Origin: Candidatus Shapirobacteria bacterium
GTDB taxonomy: Bacteria; Patescibacteriota; Microgenomatia; UBA12405
Assembly (NCBI GenBank): GCA_041674845.1
Contig: JBAYUY010000001.1
Coordinates: 235,432-299,431 of the forward strand
DNA length: 64,000 nucleotides
Direction: 5' to 3'
A program made the translations under genes and the position numbers. Positions within the stretch are counted from its first letter, which is position 1. Every line of letters begins with the position of its first letter. The notes under the pieces were generated by a model. The model was not told where the DNA came from. It saw only the letters and a program-made list of their open reading frames with translations, and did no database searches. Positions 34,397-42,562 of the stretch are shown piece by piece.

Positions 34397-34711
34397 ATGT
34401 ATTGATACTTTCCGTGTATTGATATCATTGTGTTTGGGTCGGCCCAATTGTAAATTATTTCTGCTTCGGAAGTTTTCATATTGATACAGCCATGTGACAT
34501 TGGAGTTCCAAAATTATTATGCCAATAAGTTCCATGGATACTGTATCCAGTCTTTTTTTCTACTTTGTCGTTGTAAAAAAATAAAATGTAGGGGACATTG
34601 GGCAAATAGTAATAAGTGCCCAACTCTTTGGAACCACCTGACATTTTTTGAGACTTAACTTTTGCCCAAATCTTGTACTCACCGATAGGAGTTCGATCCC
34701 ATTTGCCGGAG
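34393..34711 (-). pseudogene. L,D-transpeptidase (YkuD) gene, C-terminal half, separated from its N-terminal half by the 11.8-kb island
   Basis: The minus strand from 34707 reads GKWDRTPIGEYKIW...HGTYWHNNFGTPMSHGCINM (YkuD catalytic His/Cys motif). Upstream of 34711 the reading frame is element-derived. Confidence 0.8.
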
Positions 34712-36271
34712 CCATATTGGATTTGCAGGTCGCAAATCACTATTTTTAGCCATAATATCCGTATACTTTTGAGGTTCTTGCCAGTCTTTATATCTATCGC
34801 TCCAATTTTCTTGATTGGATAATATCTCATATACTGGTTTCAGCTTAATATCCAACATTTTGTTAGTTTTTAGTATGAGGTTCGTGCCAATAGTCAATAA
34901 AATAGTTTGTTTTTCTTCTCTCAAGCCATTTTCAAATTTATATTGACAGTTGCGAGCGAAATCTATTGTATTTTCAACTTTTGTCCTCCAGTCATTTAAT
35001 TCATCACCAGCATTGTCTATTTTTACTTTAATTTCACTTTTTTCCTTCTCAAGATTTTGTTTTTTCTCTCTATAAGTTTGATCATCAATAGTTTCATCCA
35101 ACTTCATATCTAAAAGTTTATCTAGTCTTTTTTCTAGGTTGGATAATTCGGCTTGTTTTAATTTTAATGTATCCTCGTTAAAAGCGGATTCATTTTTATG
35201 CACTACTGATAACCATCTATTCATCCAGTCAATAAATTTTTGATTTGGTCCCAATTTTTTTAATAAAGTATCAATTTGATTCAAAATATCATCTTCGGTC
35301 ACTGGTTTTGATTGACACTTAATGTTTTTATTTTTTTTACTGCAATGATAATAAGTGTAGACAGCAATTCTCCCAGTTTTTTTATAATGTTTTATTTTTT
35401 GTGTAGCAGTCATAGCACAGCCACATTCCTGACAACGGAATAATCCAGTTAAATCAAAAACATGTGTTCTGGCTATTGGTCTTCCGTATTTTCCCAAAGC
35501 TTTTTGTACAACATCAAATTCTTCTTTAGTAATCATTGGTTTATGTTTGCCAATATATATATTGCCAGACTTCTTAGGCCATTCATATTCACCATAATAG
35601 AAAGTTTTACCTAACATATAGTAAAAATTTGCTTTTGAAATTTTTAAACCCCAGTTTTCTGTTACATCTTTCCATACTTCTGAAGCTTGTCTGCCTTTAA
35701 TTATTTCACCAAAAATTCTTTTAACTAAATCAAATTTTTCTTCGTCCACTTCAATTGTATTAGTTCCTTTTTTACCAAAAGTATTTTTATAACCAAGTGG
35801 AGCAGTACCTGGAAACCATCCCATACTAGCTTTTGTTGTCATTCCTCTTTTTGCATTTACACCTTTATCATCAGACTCTTTTTTAGACATCATAAAAACC
35901 ATACTCATCCAACTTTTATCATCAGGTGTATTTTTATAGATTTTCCCTGGTTTATAAATTTCTTCAATCTGTTTTAAATCCATCATGTAAATTACTTTGC
36001 CACCATCCATGGAATTTCTAGCGATACGAGATTCGTCCCAAACAACTATTCCTTGAGCTTCACCATTTTCAATTCTGGTTAACATTTCATTAAACATTCT
36101 TCTACCAATAACATGAGCACTGCCAGATTCTTTATATGTGGCAACAACTTTTAAATTATTATCACTAACTACTTTCATTAACTCTTTCTCTTGTGAATCA
36201 AGAGATAAAATTTGTCTATCTTCCTGTTCAGAAGATTTTCTACAATAAACAAAAACTTTTTTTAATTCCAT
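34679..36271 (-). CDS. large serine recombinase (integrase), paralogue of 16633..18189
   Basis: 530 aa with YCRKSSEQEDRQILSLDSQ, ARNSMDGGKVIYMMD, CQECGCAMTA...YTYYHCSKK and a coiled-coil. The last ~10 codons are encoded by host DNA beyond the junction. Confidence 0.9.
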   Translation of the reverse strand: MELKKVFVYCRKSSEQEDRQILSLDSQEKELMKVVSDNNLKVVATYKESGSAHVIGRRMFNEMLTRIENGEAQGIVVWDESRIARNSMDGGKVIYMMDLKQIEEIYKPGKIYKNTPDDKSWMSMVFMMSKKESDDKGVNAKRGMTTKASMGWFPGTAPLGYKNTFGKKGTNTIEVDEEKFDLVKRIFGEIIKGRQASEVWKDVTENWGLKISKANFYYMLGKTFYYGEYEWPKKSGNIYIGKHKPMITKEEFDVVQKALGKYGRPIARTHVFDLTGLFRCQECGCAMTATQKIKHYKKTGRIAVYTYYHCSKKNKNIKCQSKPVTEDDILNQIDTLLKKLGPNQKFIDWMNRWLSVVHKNESAFNEDTLKLKQAELSNLEKRLDKLLDMKLDETIDDQTYREKKQNLEKEKSEIKVKIDNAGDELNDWRTKVENTIDFARNCQYKFENGLREEKQTILLTIGTNLILKTNKMLDIKLKPVYEILSNQENWSDRYKDWQEPQKYTDIMAKNSDLRPANPIWLRQMGSNSYR

Positions 36272-36283
36272 AATTTTCCTTCT

Positions 36284-36374
36284 AAAAAAATAAATGCCCC
36301 CACTAGTGCAACCAGAACCGTTAAGCTCTGTCTAATGAGGGCATTCATAAGCTTAAACGGATTTTCTGGTTGCA
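36284..36374 (-). promoter_or_regulatory. nested inverted repeats plus U-run directly upstream of the recombinase RBS (terminator/attenuator-like)
   Basis: TGCAACCAGAA (36307-36317) pairs with TTCTGGTTGCA (36364-36374). CCGTTAAGCT pairs with AGCTTAAACGG. AATGCCC (36293-36299) pairs with GGGCATT (36339-36345). On the minus strand these are followed by TTTTTTT (36284-36290), then AAGGAA and the ATG. Confidence 0.4.
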
Positions 36375-36457
36375 TAATAATTATACTATTTTTGAGTCAT
36401 AATTTCACTAATTTCTCCTAATAAACCAATAAAAATTAAATAGTTATTAAAGTAAAA

Positions 36458-36554
36458 GTAACTTTATATTTTTAACCTTATAGGAAAAGAATTTATTATT
36501 AAGTTAATAAAATAAAAGTTACTTTATAGTTACAGTTACTTTATATATAGTTAC
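36458..36554. repeat. cluster of iteron-like direct repeats (A)GTTACTTTATA
   Basis: GTAACTTTATA is at 36458-36468 and GTTACTTTATA at 36518-36528 and 36535-36545. AGTTAC also occurs at 36528-36533 and 36549-36554. Confidence 0.7.
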
Positions 36555-36925
36555 TAGAAGGGCATATAGATTTTTCCATTAACCGCCTCTTCTTCAATTG
36601 GTGTTCCCTCTAAAAGTTTTTCTTTATAAGCCTGATAAATTTCTTTTTCCATCTTTTCCCAATCAGATGGATTTTCAATAAAAACCTTGGCATGATACTT
36701 TCCATGGATATTAACTGAGAGTGGTTGAATATTTATTTTTTCATTAAGCCGAATATTCAAATTATTACTACTCCAAATAATAAAATCCCTTATATTGATC
36801 CAGCCAAAATCTTTAGTCATAATTGATAAATTAGCATTTGCTAATAAATTTCCTCTATCTTTTATTTTTATGTCTATCTTTATATTTTCGTTCATTTTTT
36901 TTAATAAATAATTAACAATCAGCAT
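36554..36925 (-). CDS. hypothetical protein (possibly SpoVG-like fold)
   Basis: 123-aa ORF that overlaps the upstream gene by 14 nt. Weak resemblance to SpoVG-type small DNA/RNA-binding proteins, judged by eye only. Confidence 0.5.
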   Translation of the reverse strand: MLIVNYLLKKMNENIKIDIKIKDRGNLLANANLSIMTKDFGWINIRDFIIWSSNNLNIRLNEKINIQPLSVNIHGKYHAKVFIENPSDWEKMEKEIYQAYKEKLLEGTPIEEEAVNGKIYMPF

Positions 36926-37139
36926 CTAAAAAATCAGGTATAACCTGTAATAGATCTTCCTTGGTGAAATATATTCCTTCATTAAAACCAAACTCATAAT
37001 TAACACGGAGTTCAAAACAACAATTTTGAAATTTATCTGCTTTGAGAAAGTGATAAATTCTCCTTACTTTTCTACTAGCGATACTTTTAACCATTTTTGA
37101 GTCTTTGTAGATCCTTATTGAGATTTTAGGTTTGATCAT
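36912..37139 (-). CDS. hypothetical protein
   Basis: 75-aa ORF, translationally coupled within the operon. Confidence 0.5.
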   Translation of the reverse strand: MIKPKISIRIYKDSKMVKSIASRKVRRIYHFLKADKFQNCCFELRVNYEFGFNEGIYFTKEDLLQVIPDFLDADC

Positions 37140-37281
37140 TTTTGTTTTTTGATGAAATTAATAATCCTAAATTTAAAAATTGTTCTGCCTCTAATTCCGC
37201 CTCATTAAAATCCAAAGTTTTATCAAAAATCTCTTGATAAATTTTTTGAAATTCAATAACAGCTTCTTTTGGCAAGTTCAT
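37126..37281 (-). CDS. unlisted 51-aa ORF filling the gap in the operon
   Basis: Hand translation gives MNLPKEAVIEFQKIYQEIFDKTLDFNEAELEAEQFLNLGLLISSKNKNDQT. Its ATG overlaps the upstream TGA (ATGA) and its 3' end overlaps the next gene by 14 nt. It is below the 60-aa cutoff of the ORF track. Confidence 0.45.
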   Translation of the reverse strand: MNLPKEAVIEFQKIYQEIFDKTLDFNEAELEAEQFLNLGLLISSKNKNDQT

Positions 37282-37526
37282 AGTATTTCGTAAATCCTTG
37301 CCTTGAGAGTTTTGATCTGATCAAAATGATTACAAGCATCAACCAGTAAATTTTTATTCCAATAGTTTGAAATCTGTTCACGGAGTTGGGGAGAATCTTC
37401 AAAGCAAAAAACACAATTCTTTTCAGTTACATTCTTTTCAATATCTATAATCGGAAACGACAAAGAAATAGCACTTGCTAGGGCCAACGAATTAGTTTTA
37501 TAAATATTTAAATCTGTATTATTCAC
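37278..37526 (-). CDS. DUF5659-like small protein
   Basis: 82 aa. The pattern YKTNSLALASAI...FCFEDSPQLREQISNYWNKNL...LKARIYE resembles a family common on phage/plasmid DNA (from memory, unverified). Confidence 0.45.
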   Translation of the reverse strand: MNNTDLNIYKTNSLALASAISLSFPIIDIEKNVTEKNCVFCFEDSPQLREQISNYWNKNLLVDACNHFDQIKTLKARIYEIL

Positions 37527-37586
37527 ATACAGATTAAAGCAAATTTAATGGAATTACAGGCTACATTTTCTCGTCGGTTTTTTGTC

Positions 37587-38372
37587 TCACTTTTTATAAA
37601 AAAGTGATTTTATCTCTTCTTCGGCACGGTTATATTCTTTTTCTATTGTTTTTGGCATTTTATCAATATTTTTATCCATACCTAATTTGGTAAAAAATAC
37701 TTTATTTTTTATTTTTTGATTTTCCCTTCTTGCTAAAACAATCATTATCTTTTCGCCCGATAAAGTTAGATCATTCTTTTTTGGTAATAATGAAAATATT
37801 TCTGACAATCGTTCTCTATTGTCTCTAATAAAACTAATTACAGCCTCTGGTTTAGTATAGGATGATATTTTTATAGAAATTGATGGTTGTTTATCGGTCT
37901 TATTCAAATCAATATCATTCTCTCCAAAATATGATTGAATTGAAATTTCTTTTGAATCGCTCATATTTCCATATAATGGTAAAGCTAAATTTGCCAGCAA
38001 AATTGATCTAAGCTGATTTGAAACAAATGAATCACATACAAATTCTTTTAGTATTCTATTAATTTCCAATTCAACTCTCTTATCAAAGTCGTCGTTAATT
38101 TTTTTTATTTTTGGATTAAAAGCATCTAGATTTCGGTAGGGTGGATTAATTTTTATATAGTCCTCGTAGCTTAAGCCGTTTTCCGATATACCAATTTTAA
38201 TTCTTGTTTTTAAAATCTCTTGTTCAAATTCAGTGTTAATTTCCAAACCTCGGATTTTCCAATAATCATTCAAAGTAAAACCAGGTAATCCTTTAAGGTT
38301 ATATCTTCTAATTTCGCTCCATTTTGAGAGAGGTGTAATAGGGAGACTACCCACCAAAAAATTGATTTTCAT
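37587..38372 (-). CDS. hypothetical protein
   Basis: 261-aa ORF, first gene of the coupled minus-strand operon. No motif recognised. Confidence 0.55.
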   Translation of the reverse strand: MKINFLVGSLPITPLSKWSEIRRYNLKGLPGFTLNDYWKIRGLEINTEFEQEILKTRIKIGISENGLSYEDYIKINPPYRNLDAFNPKIKKINDDFDKRVELEINRILKEFVCDSFVSNQLRSILLANLALPLYGNMSDSKEISIQSYFGENDIDLNKTDKQPSISIKISSYTKPEAVISFIRDNRERLSEIFSLLPKKNDLTLSGEKIMIVLARRENQKIKNKVFFTKLGMDKNIDKMPKTIEKEYNRAEEEIKSLFYKK

Positions 38373-38427
38373 TTATATCTTTATATTTATATCTAGCCTA
38401 TTATCCCGCAAATTTACTGTTTAGCAA

Positions 38428-38892
38428 TTAGTTATAGTTTAGAGCTATTAAAATCACTGAAACTAAAAGAATTATTCCGCAAACAATCATTACGATTTTT
38501 TCACTTTTTTTAGAGTTTTTAATTTCGCTTGCCTCTTTTGGATATATACTAGCCAGCACTCCAGGATGTTTAATTATGAAAGGTATTACTCCTATTAAGG
38601 AATAAAAGGAATATAAGACCACTGGTGATGTCTCTGGGAGGTAATTTAATACCTGCAACGATAATCCAAAGATCATAATGCCACCACAAAGTAGGATTGA
38701 TACAAAAGCTAATTTTTTACTCCAATCTCCAGATTTAAATCTTTCCTGTTTTAATAATCCATAAACTGCAAAAGGAAATAATAAAGCCAATATTAAAACT
38801 AAAACGGAGCCTAATCCAACCGTTAATTTACAACTTAATAATTCAGGATTGGCTTTACAGGCTTGATTAAATTGATAACTAATTACACTCAT
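38428..38892 (-). CDS. hypothetical membrane protein (4 TM)
   Basis: 154-aa ORF with four hydrophobic helices. It is divergent from the XRE gene. Confidence 0.5.
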   Translation of the reverse strand: MSVISYQFNQACKANPELLSCKLTVGLGSVLVLILALLFPFAVYGLLKQERFKSGDWSKKLAFVSILLCGGIMIFGLSLQVLNYLPETSPVVLYSFYSLIGVIPFIIKHPGVLASIYPKEASEIKNSKKSEKIVMIVCGIILLVSVILIALNYN

Positions 38893-38911
38893 TTTTTTTG
38901 TTTTTAAACTA

Positions 38912-38969
38912 TTAACCTTAGGTTATGAAAATATACCATATTTAGGTTAAAAAATTAACCCACGGTTAA
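38912..38969. promoter_or_regulatory. palindromic operator candidates TTAACC-N3-GGTTA(A/T) in the divergent promoter region
   Basis: TTAACCTTAGGTTAT is at 38912-38926 and TTAACCCACGGTTAA at 38955-38969. GGTTAAAAAATTAACC lies between them at 38945-38960. Confidence 0.5.
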
Positions 38970-39004
38970 TAAACTTTTTTTGGTAGGATTGGTAACTTGT
39001 TTCA

Positions 39005-39223
39005 ATGGAAATAAGAAAAGTTACTAAAAAAGATATTCAGTTTGGAAGAAAACTCCAACGAGTAAGAAAAAAGACAGGGATAACTCAAGAAAAACTATCT
39101 GAATTGACGGGCCTAAGTACTACTTTCATTGGTCTTATGGAAACTGGCAGAAGAAAACCAAGTTTAGAATCTCTTCAAAAAATTGCTTCAAAATTGAAAG
39201 TAAATATCAAGGAACTATTCTAG
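39005..39223 (+). CDS. XRE-family helix-turn-helix transcriptional regulator
   Basis: 72 aa with LQRVRKKTGITQEKLSELTGLSTTFIGLMETGRRKPSLESLQKIA, a canonical HTH_3. Confidence 0.85.
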   Translation: MEIRKVTKKDIQFGRKLQRVRKKTGITQEKLSELTGLSTTFIGLMETGRRKPSLESLQKIASKLKVNIKELF

Positions 39224-39239
39224 TAATCTAGATTTTTTA

Positions 39240-39254
39240 TTAACCCATGGTTTA
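39240..39254. promoter_or_regulatory. third copy of the operator-like palindrome
   Basis: TTAACCCATGGTTTA lies between the XRE stop and the next gene start. Confidence 0.4.
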
Positions 39255-39272
39255 TAATTGAGTTAATAAAAT

Positions 39273-39569
39273 ATGAATTATAAATATCTTGGTTTGACTT
39301 GCGGTATTTTACTTTTAATTGCTATTCCAAATTGGCTACCATACGGCTTTTACATAATTTTACGATGGATCATTTCTGCTGCCTCAGTTTTGTTAGCCTT
39401 AAACTTTAAAGATAATAAAAATCAAAAACTCTCATTTACTTTCTGGGCTGTCGCTATTCTTTTTAATCCGATAATCCCAATCTACTTAAACAAAGATATT
39501 TGGATATTAGTTGATTTAGTAGTTTCAATTCTATTTTTCTTTATTTCTTCAAAAATAAAATCAAAATGA
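39273..39569 (+). CDS. small membrane protein (DUF6804-like)
   Basis: 98 aa with 3 TM helices and motifs WLPYGFYIILRW and ILFNPIIPIYL. Confidence 0.5.
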   Translation: MNYKYLGLTCGILLLIAIPNWLPYGFYIILRWIISAASVLLALNFKDNKNQKLSFTFWAVAILFNPIIPIYLNKDIWILVDLVVSILFFFISSKIKSK

Positions 39570-39958
39570 TTCTTTATATTATATTTTTAATTATTGAATC
39601 TCTTTATATTTATTATGTTGGAAAATTTGGTTTAAAAGATTCAATTGATCAACCAGCAGGTTATTTAAAAGCCAAAAACTTATTATCTTATTGTAAATAT
39701 GGGGTTGTGATTCTAATGATATTAATAAGTCATTTTTGGTTACTAATTCCAATTTATATTTTTTATGATTATCTTGAATCAAGAATACTTTTTTCATTCT
39801 CTAAAAAGAGAGCTATTAAAAACATGGTCAGAATACTAACAGGTGACGGAAAAACAGAAAAAGAATTAGGGACAAAACCGATGGAAATTGAAGATGCTCG
39901 CCGAGTTGCCCCAGAAATGGTTGAACAAAATATTAAATCTGGTAGCTACATAATTTAA
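39566..39958 (+). CDS. hypothetical membrane protein
   Basis: 130 aa with 2-3 TM helices then a charged tail. 4-nt overlap with the upstream gene. Confidence 0.5.
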   Translation: MILYIIFLIIESLYIYYVGKFGLKDSIDQPAGYLKAKNLLSYCKYGVVILMILISHFWLLIPIYIFYDYLESRILFSFSKKRAIKNMVRILTGDGKTEKELGTKPMEIEDARRVAPEMVEQNIKSGSYII

Positions 39959-40311
39959 TTTTATAGTCTTAATTAAATTGGGTTTCTGTTAAAAATCATT
40001 GGTTGTTTGGGTAATATTTAAATTTAAAATTGCTTAATCACTATCAATAAAAACAAACAATAAAATAGGATAAAAATAAAGTATTTGAATACAAAATTTA
40101 CTCAATTAAACAAAAAGAAAAAATATCCAAAACAAAAATAATTATTAAAAAATAAAAAGTCACCAAGTAACTAACTTCTGAAAAAAAATATATCAGTCAG
40201 ACTTTTTAAAACCTATTTTCATTCTGACAGGTTGGCCTTTAGTCCCAGCTCTACCAAAAGTGATGGGTGGGGTAGTGGTTCTGTAAATTATTTCTATATT
40301 AATTCAACCAT

Positions 40312-41400
40312 TTACTTAATAAATCTTATTTGTAGGTTTAATTTTATAAAGAGAGATCCGTTTTCTTTATAGACAACACCAAATTTATGACGAGTAGTAC
40401 TAGGGGTATCAAAACGAGTATTTTTAAATAGGTATGTTCTAAAAGCATCAGCATTATAGACATGATAACAAACTATTTCTCCATCTTCTCGGACAATAAT
40501 GTAACCACCATGTGCTCTTATACATCCATCCCATGCTGTGTTTGGAACCATTCCTAAAGCAACATCATAAAGAAGATTTTTAATCTTAAATTTATAATCA
40601 TCTTTTGTTAAATCAAAATTCAAAATATCAGTTTTTTCATCTCCCAACCTATCCACTAATTCTTGTAAAGATGATCCCTTATTTAAGAAATATGTTAATA
40701 ATAGCTGAGCAACAATTTCTGGAAGAACAGCATCAATACGACGGAGATTTCTTTTAAAAACATCAGAACTTATACCATAAAACGAAAAACTACCACCAGA
40801 TGCGATGATGGAAGAAAGTCTATCTCTAACTTTGGATTTAGTATCAATAGAATTAATTTTATTAATATTATTTTCATCTAAACCATTTATTTTAAAAATG
40901 AAATTGGTAGAGGGTGAAGCATTTAATAATGTAGAAGCGGCCCCAATCATTGATTTTATACTGAAGCCAACAGTTGGTTCTGTTCCAGTATAATGATCAT
41001 GAATTTTTAATATAAGATCTTCTTTCTTAGTATTACCAGCATTCAATCGTTTAGCATGAAATTGTTCCATTAATTCACTTGCTTTTGGAATTTCAAAAGA
41101 AGACTGTTCTCCGTCTTTTATTAATTTAAATATTTCAGCGACTTTTGACTTTAAATCAGAACTATTTACCAATGCAATTTCTGTACCAGCTTGAATAATT
41201 TTTACTTGATTCTCACTATTTAATTCATATTCAACTTCACCAATATTTTCTTCACGAATAATTTTAAGAACTGGATAAAAAATATCTTTAATTTTATTTA
41301 AATTTTCATCAGCAGCATCTAATCTTTTTTCTGCAAGCAATTTAATAAAAGTGTAAAATTCGCTCCATTCTCCTTTGTTCCCCGTAAGATTATTTGTCAT
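40312..41400 (-). CDS. type II restriction endonuclease, HpaII-like
   Basis: 362 aa. The N-terminal GNKGEWSEFYTFIKLLAEKRLDAADENL resembles the HpaII endonuclease family as I recall it. 11-nt overlap with the upstream C5 methyltransferase gene. Confidence 0.55.
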   Translation of the reverse strand: MTNNLTGNKGEWSEFYTFIKLLAEKRLDAADENLNKIKDIFYPVLKIIREENIGEVEYELNSENQVKIIQAGTEIALVNSSDLKSKVAEIFKLIKDGEQSSFEIPKASELMEQFHAKRLNAGNTKKEDLILKIHDHYTGTEPTVGFSIKSMIGAASTLLNASPSTNFIFKINGLDENNINKINSIDTKSKVRDRLSSIIASGGSFSFYGISSDVFKRNLRRIDAVLPEIVAQLLLTYFLNKGSSLQELVDRLGDEKTDILNFDLTKDDYKFKIKNLLYDVALGMVPNTAWDGCIRAHGGYIIVREDGEIVCYHVYNADAFRTYLFKNTRFDTPSTTRHKFGVVYKENGSLFIKLNLQIRFIK

Positions 41401-42274
41401 ATTTTTTTAAAGTTTTAACAATTTCTTTTGCTGTTGCTCTAATAGCATCAACGGCAACACTATTACCAAGCTGTTTCATTGCTTGATTTTTAGTAACTGG
41501 AAATACAAAATCATCAGGAAACCCCATCATTTTTTGAGCTTCTTCAACTGTAATTCTATGAGGCTTTCCATCAACTAAATAAGTATCCCAATTATGTCTA
41601 TCATTTAATCCAGAAGCTTTTCCTCCAACTCTCAAAGTATAACCGATTTTTTTATCGCATTCTCCATTAAATATTTCTGGTAAAGTTATTTTTAATTTAG
41701 ATGGATCAGGAAATTTAAATTCTATATTTTTGTCTCTAAATCCAACCATATACAATCTAGGGCGATGTGTTGGTAACCCATAATCAGATGCTTTAATTAT
41801 TTGATAATTAAATGAATATCCTAAATCTTTTATTATTTTTTCCATTACTCTGAAAGTATTTCCACCATCATGTGATTTTAAATTTCTTACATTTTCAATA
41901 AAAAAAGCCTTTGGTTTTTTAATTCTCAATATTTCTGCAATATTAAAAAAAAGTGTTCCTCTTGTTTCATTAAACCCTTTTTTCTTACCTGCCTGAGAAA
42001 AAGGCTGACAAGGGAATCCTCCTGTAAGAATATCAAAATCAGGAATTGTTTCTGGATCAATTTTTGTTATATCTCCAGCAAAATTTCCATTTTTAAAAAC
42101 CTTAGGTGATATTTTTTTAAAATTTGCTTCATAAGTTTTTCTTGCAGGATCATCCCATTCTGATACCCAAACACATTCAGCACCTACATTATGAAAAGCC
42201 AAATGAAAGCCTCCTATTCCAGCGAATAAGTCAATAAACTTATACTTTTTACCTTTGGCTTTGCCTTTATCCAT
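41390..42274 (-). CDS. DNA (cytosine-5)-methyltransferase
   Basis: Motif I FAGIGGF, motif IV GGFPCQPFSQAG (catalytic Cys), motif VI ENV, and QLGNSV near the C-terminus. Confidence 0.9.
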   Translation of the reverse strand: MDKGKAKGKKYKFIDLFAGIGGFHLAFHNVGAECVWVSEWDDPARKTYEANFKKISPKVFKNGNFAGDITKIDPETIPDFDILTGGFPCQPFSQAGKKKGFNETRGTLFFNIAEILRIKKPKAFFIENVRNLKSHDGGNTFRVMEKIIKDLGYSFNYQIIKASDYGLPTHRPRLYMVGFRDKNIEFKFPDPSKLKITLPEIFNGECDKKIGYTLRVGGKASGLNDRHNWDTYLVDGKPHRITVEEAQKMMGFPDDFVFPVTKNQAMKQLGNSVAVDAIRATAKEIVKTLKKYDK

Positions 42275-42310
42275 TAAACGATTATACAGTGAAAAAACAA
42301 GTTAGACTAA

Positions 42311-42523
42311 GTGATTAAAAACATTAAAGATATGAAGAATAAAGAAAATAAAACAATTTCAAAAAGTGAAAAAGAAATAAAAAATTACTTTAGACAAAAT
42401 TATAATTGGGATATGACAGAAGATGATTATCAGGAAGCTTCGCAATCTTTATATTATCTAGGTAAAGCAATTTATTTTTTTCTAAAAACAAATGGGATAG
42501 TTTTCTCTGGTAAAACAGAGTAA
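42311..42523 (+). CDS. small hypothetical protein
   Basis: 70-aa ORF (GTG start; alternative ATG at 42332), divergent from the R-M pair and upstream of the KAP NTPase. Confidence 0.35.
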   Translation: MIKNIKDMKNKENKTISKSEKEIKNYFRQNYNWDMTEDDYQEASQSLYYLGKAIYFFLKTNGIVFSGKTE

Positions 42524-42562
42524 AAAGTGTTAAAGTTATCTAACCTGCCAATATAAATAAAA

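Noticed and set aside
40230-40290. GC-richer segment with TTGGTAGAGC-like sequence on the minus strand, as a possible tRNA fragment or secondary att site.
   Set aside because: No anticodon or T-arm can be drawn, and the similarity is limited to a D-arm-like decamer.
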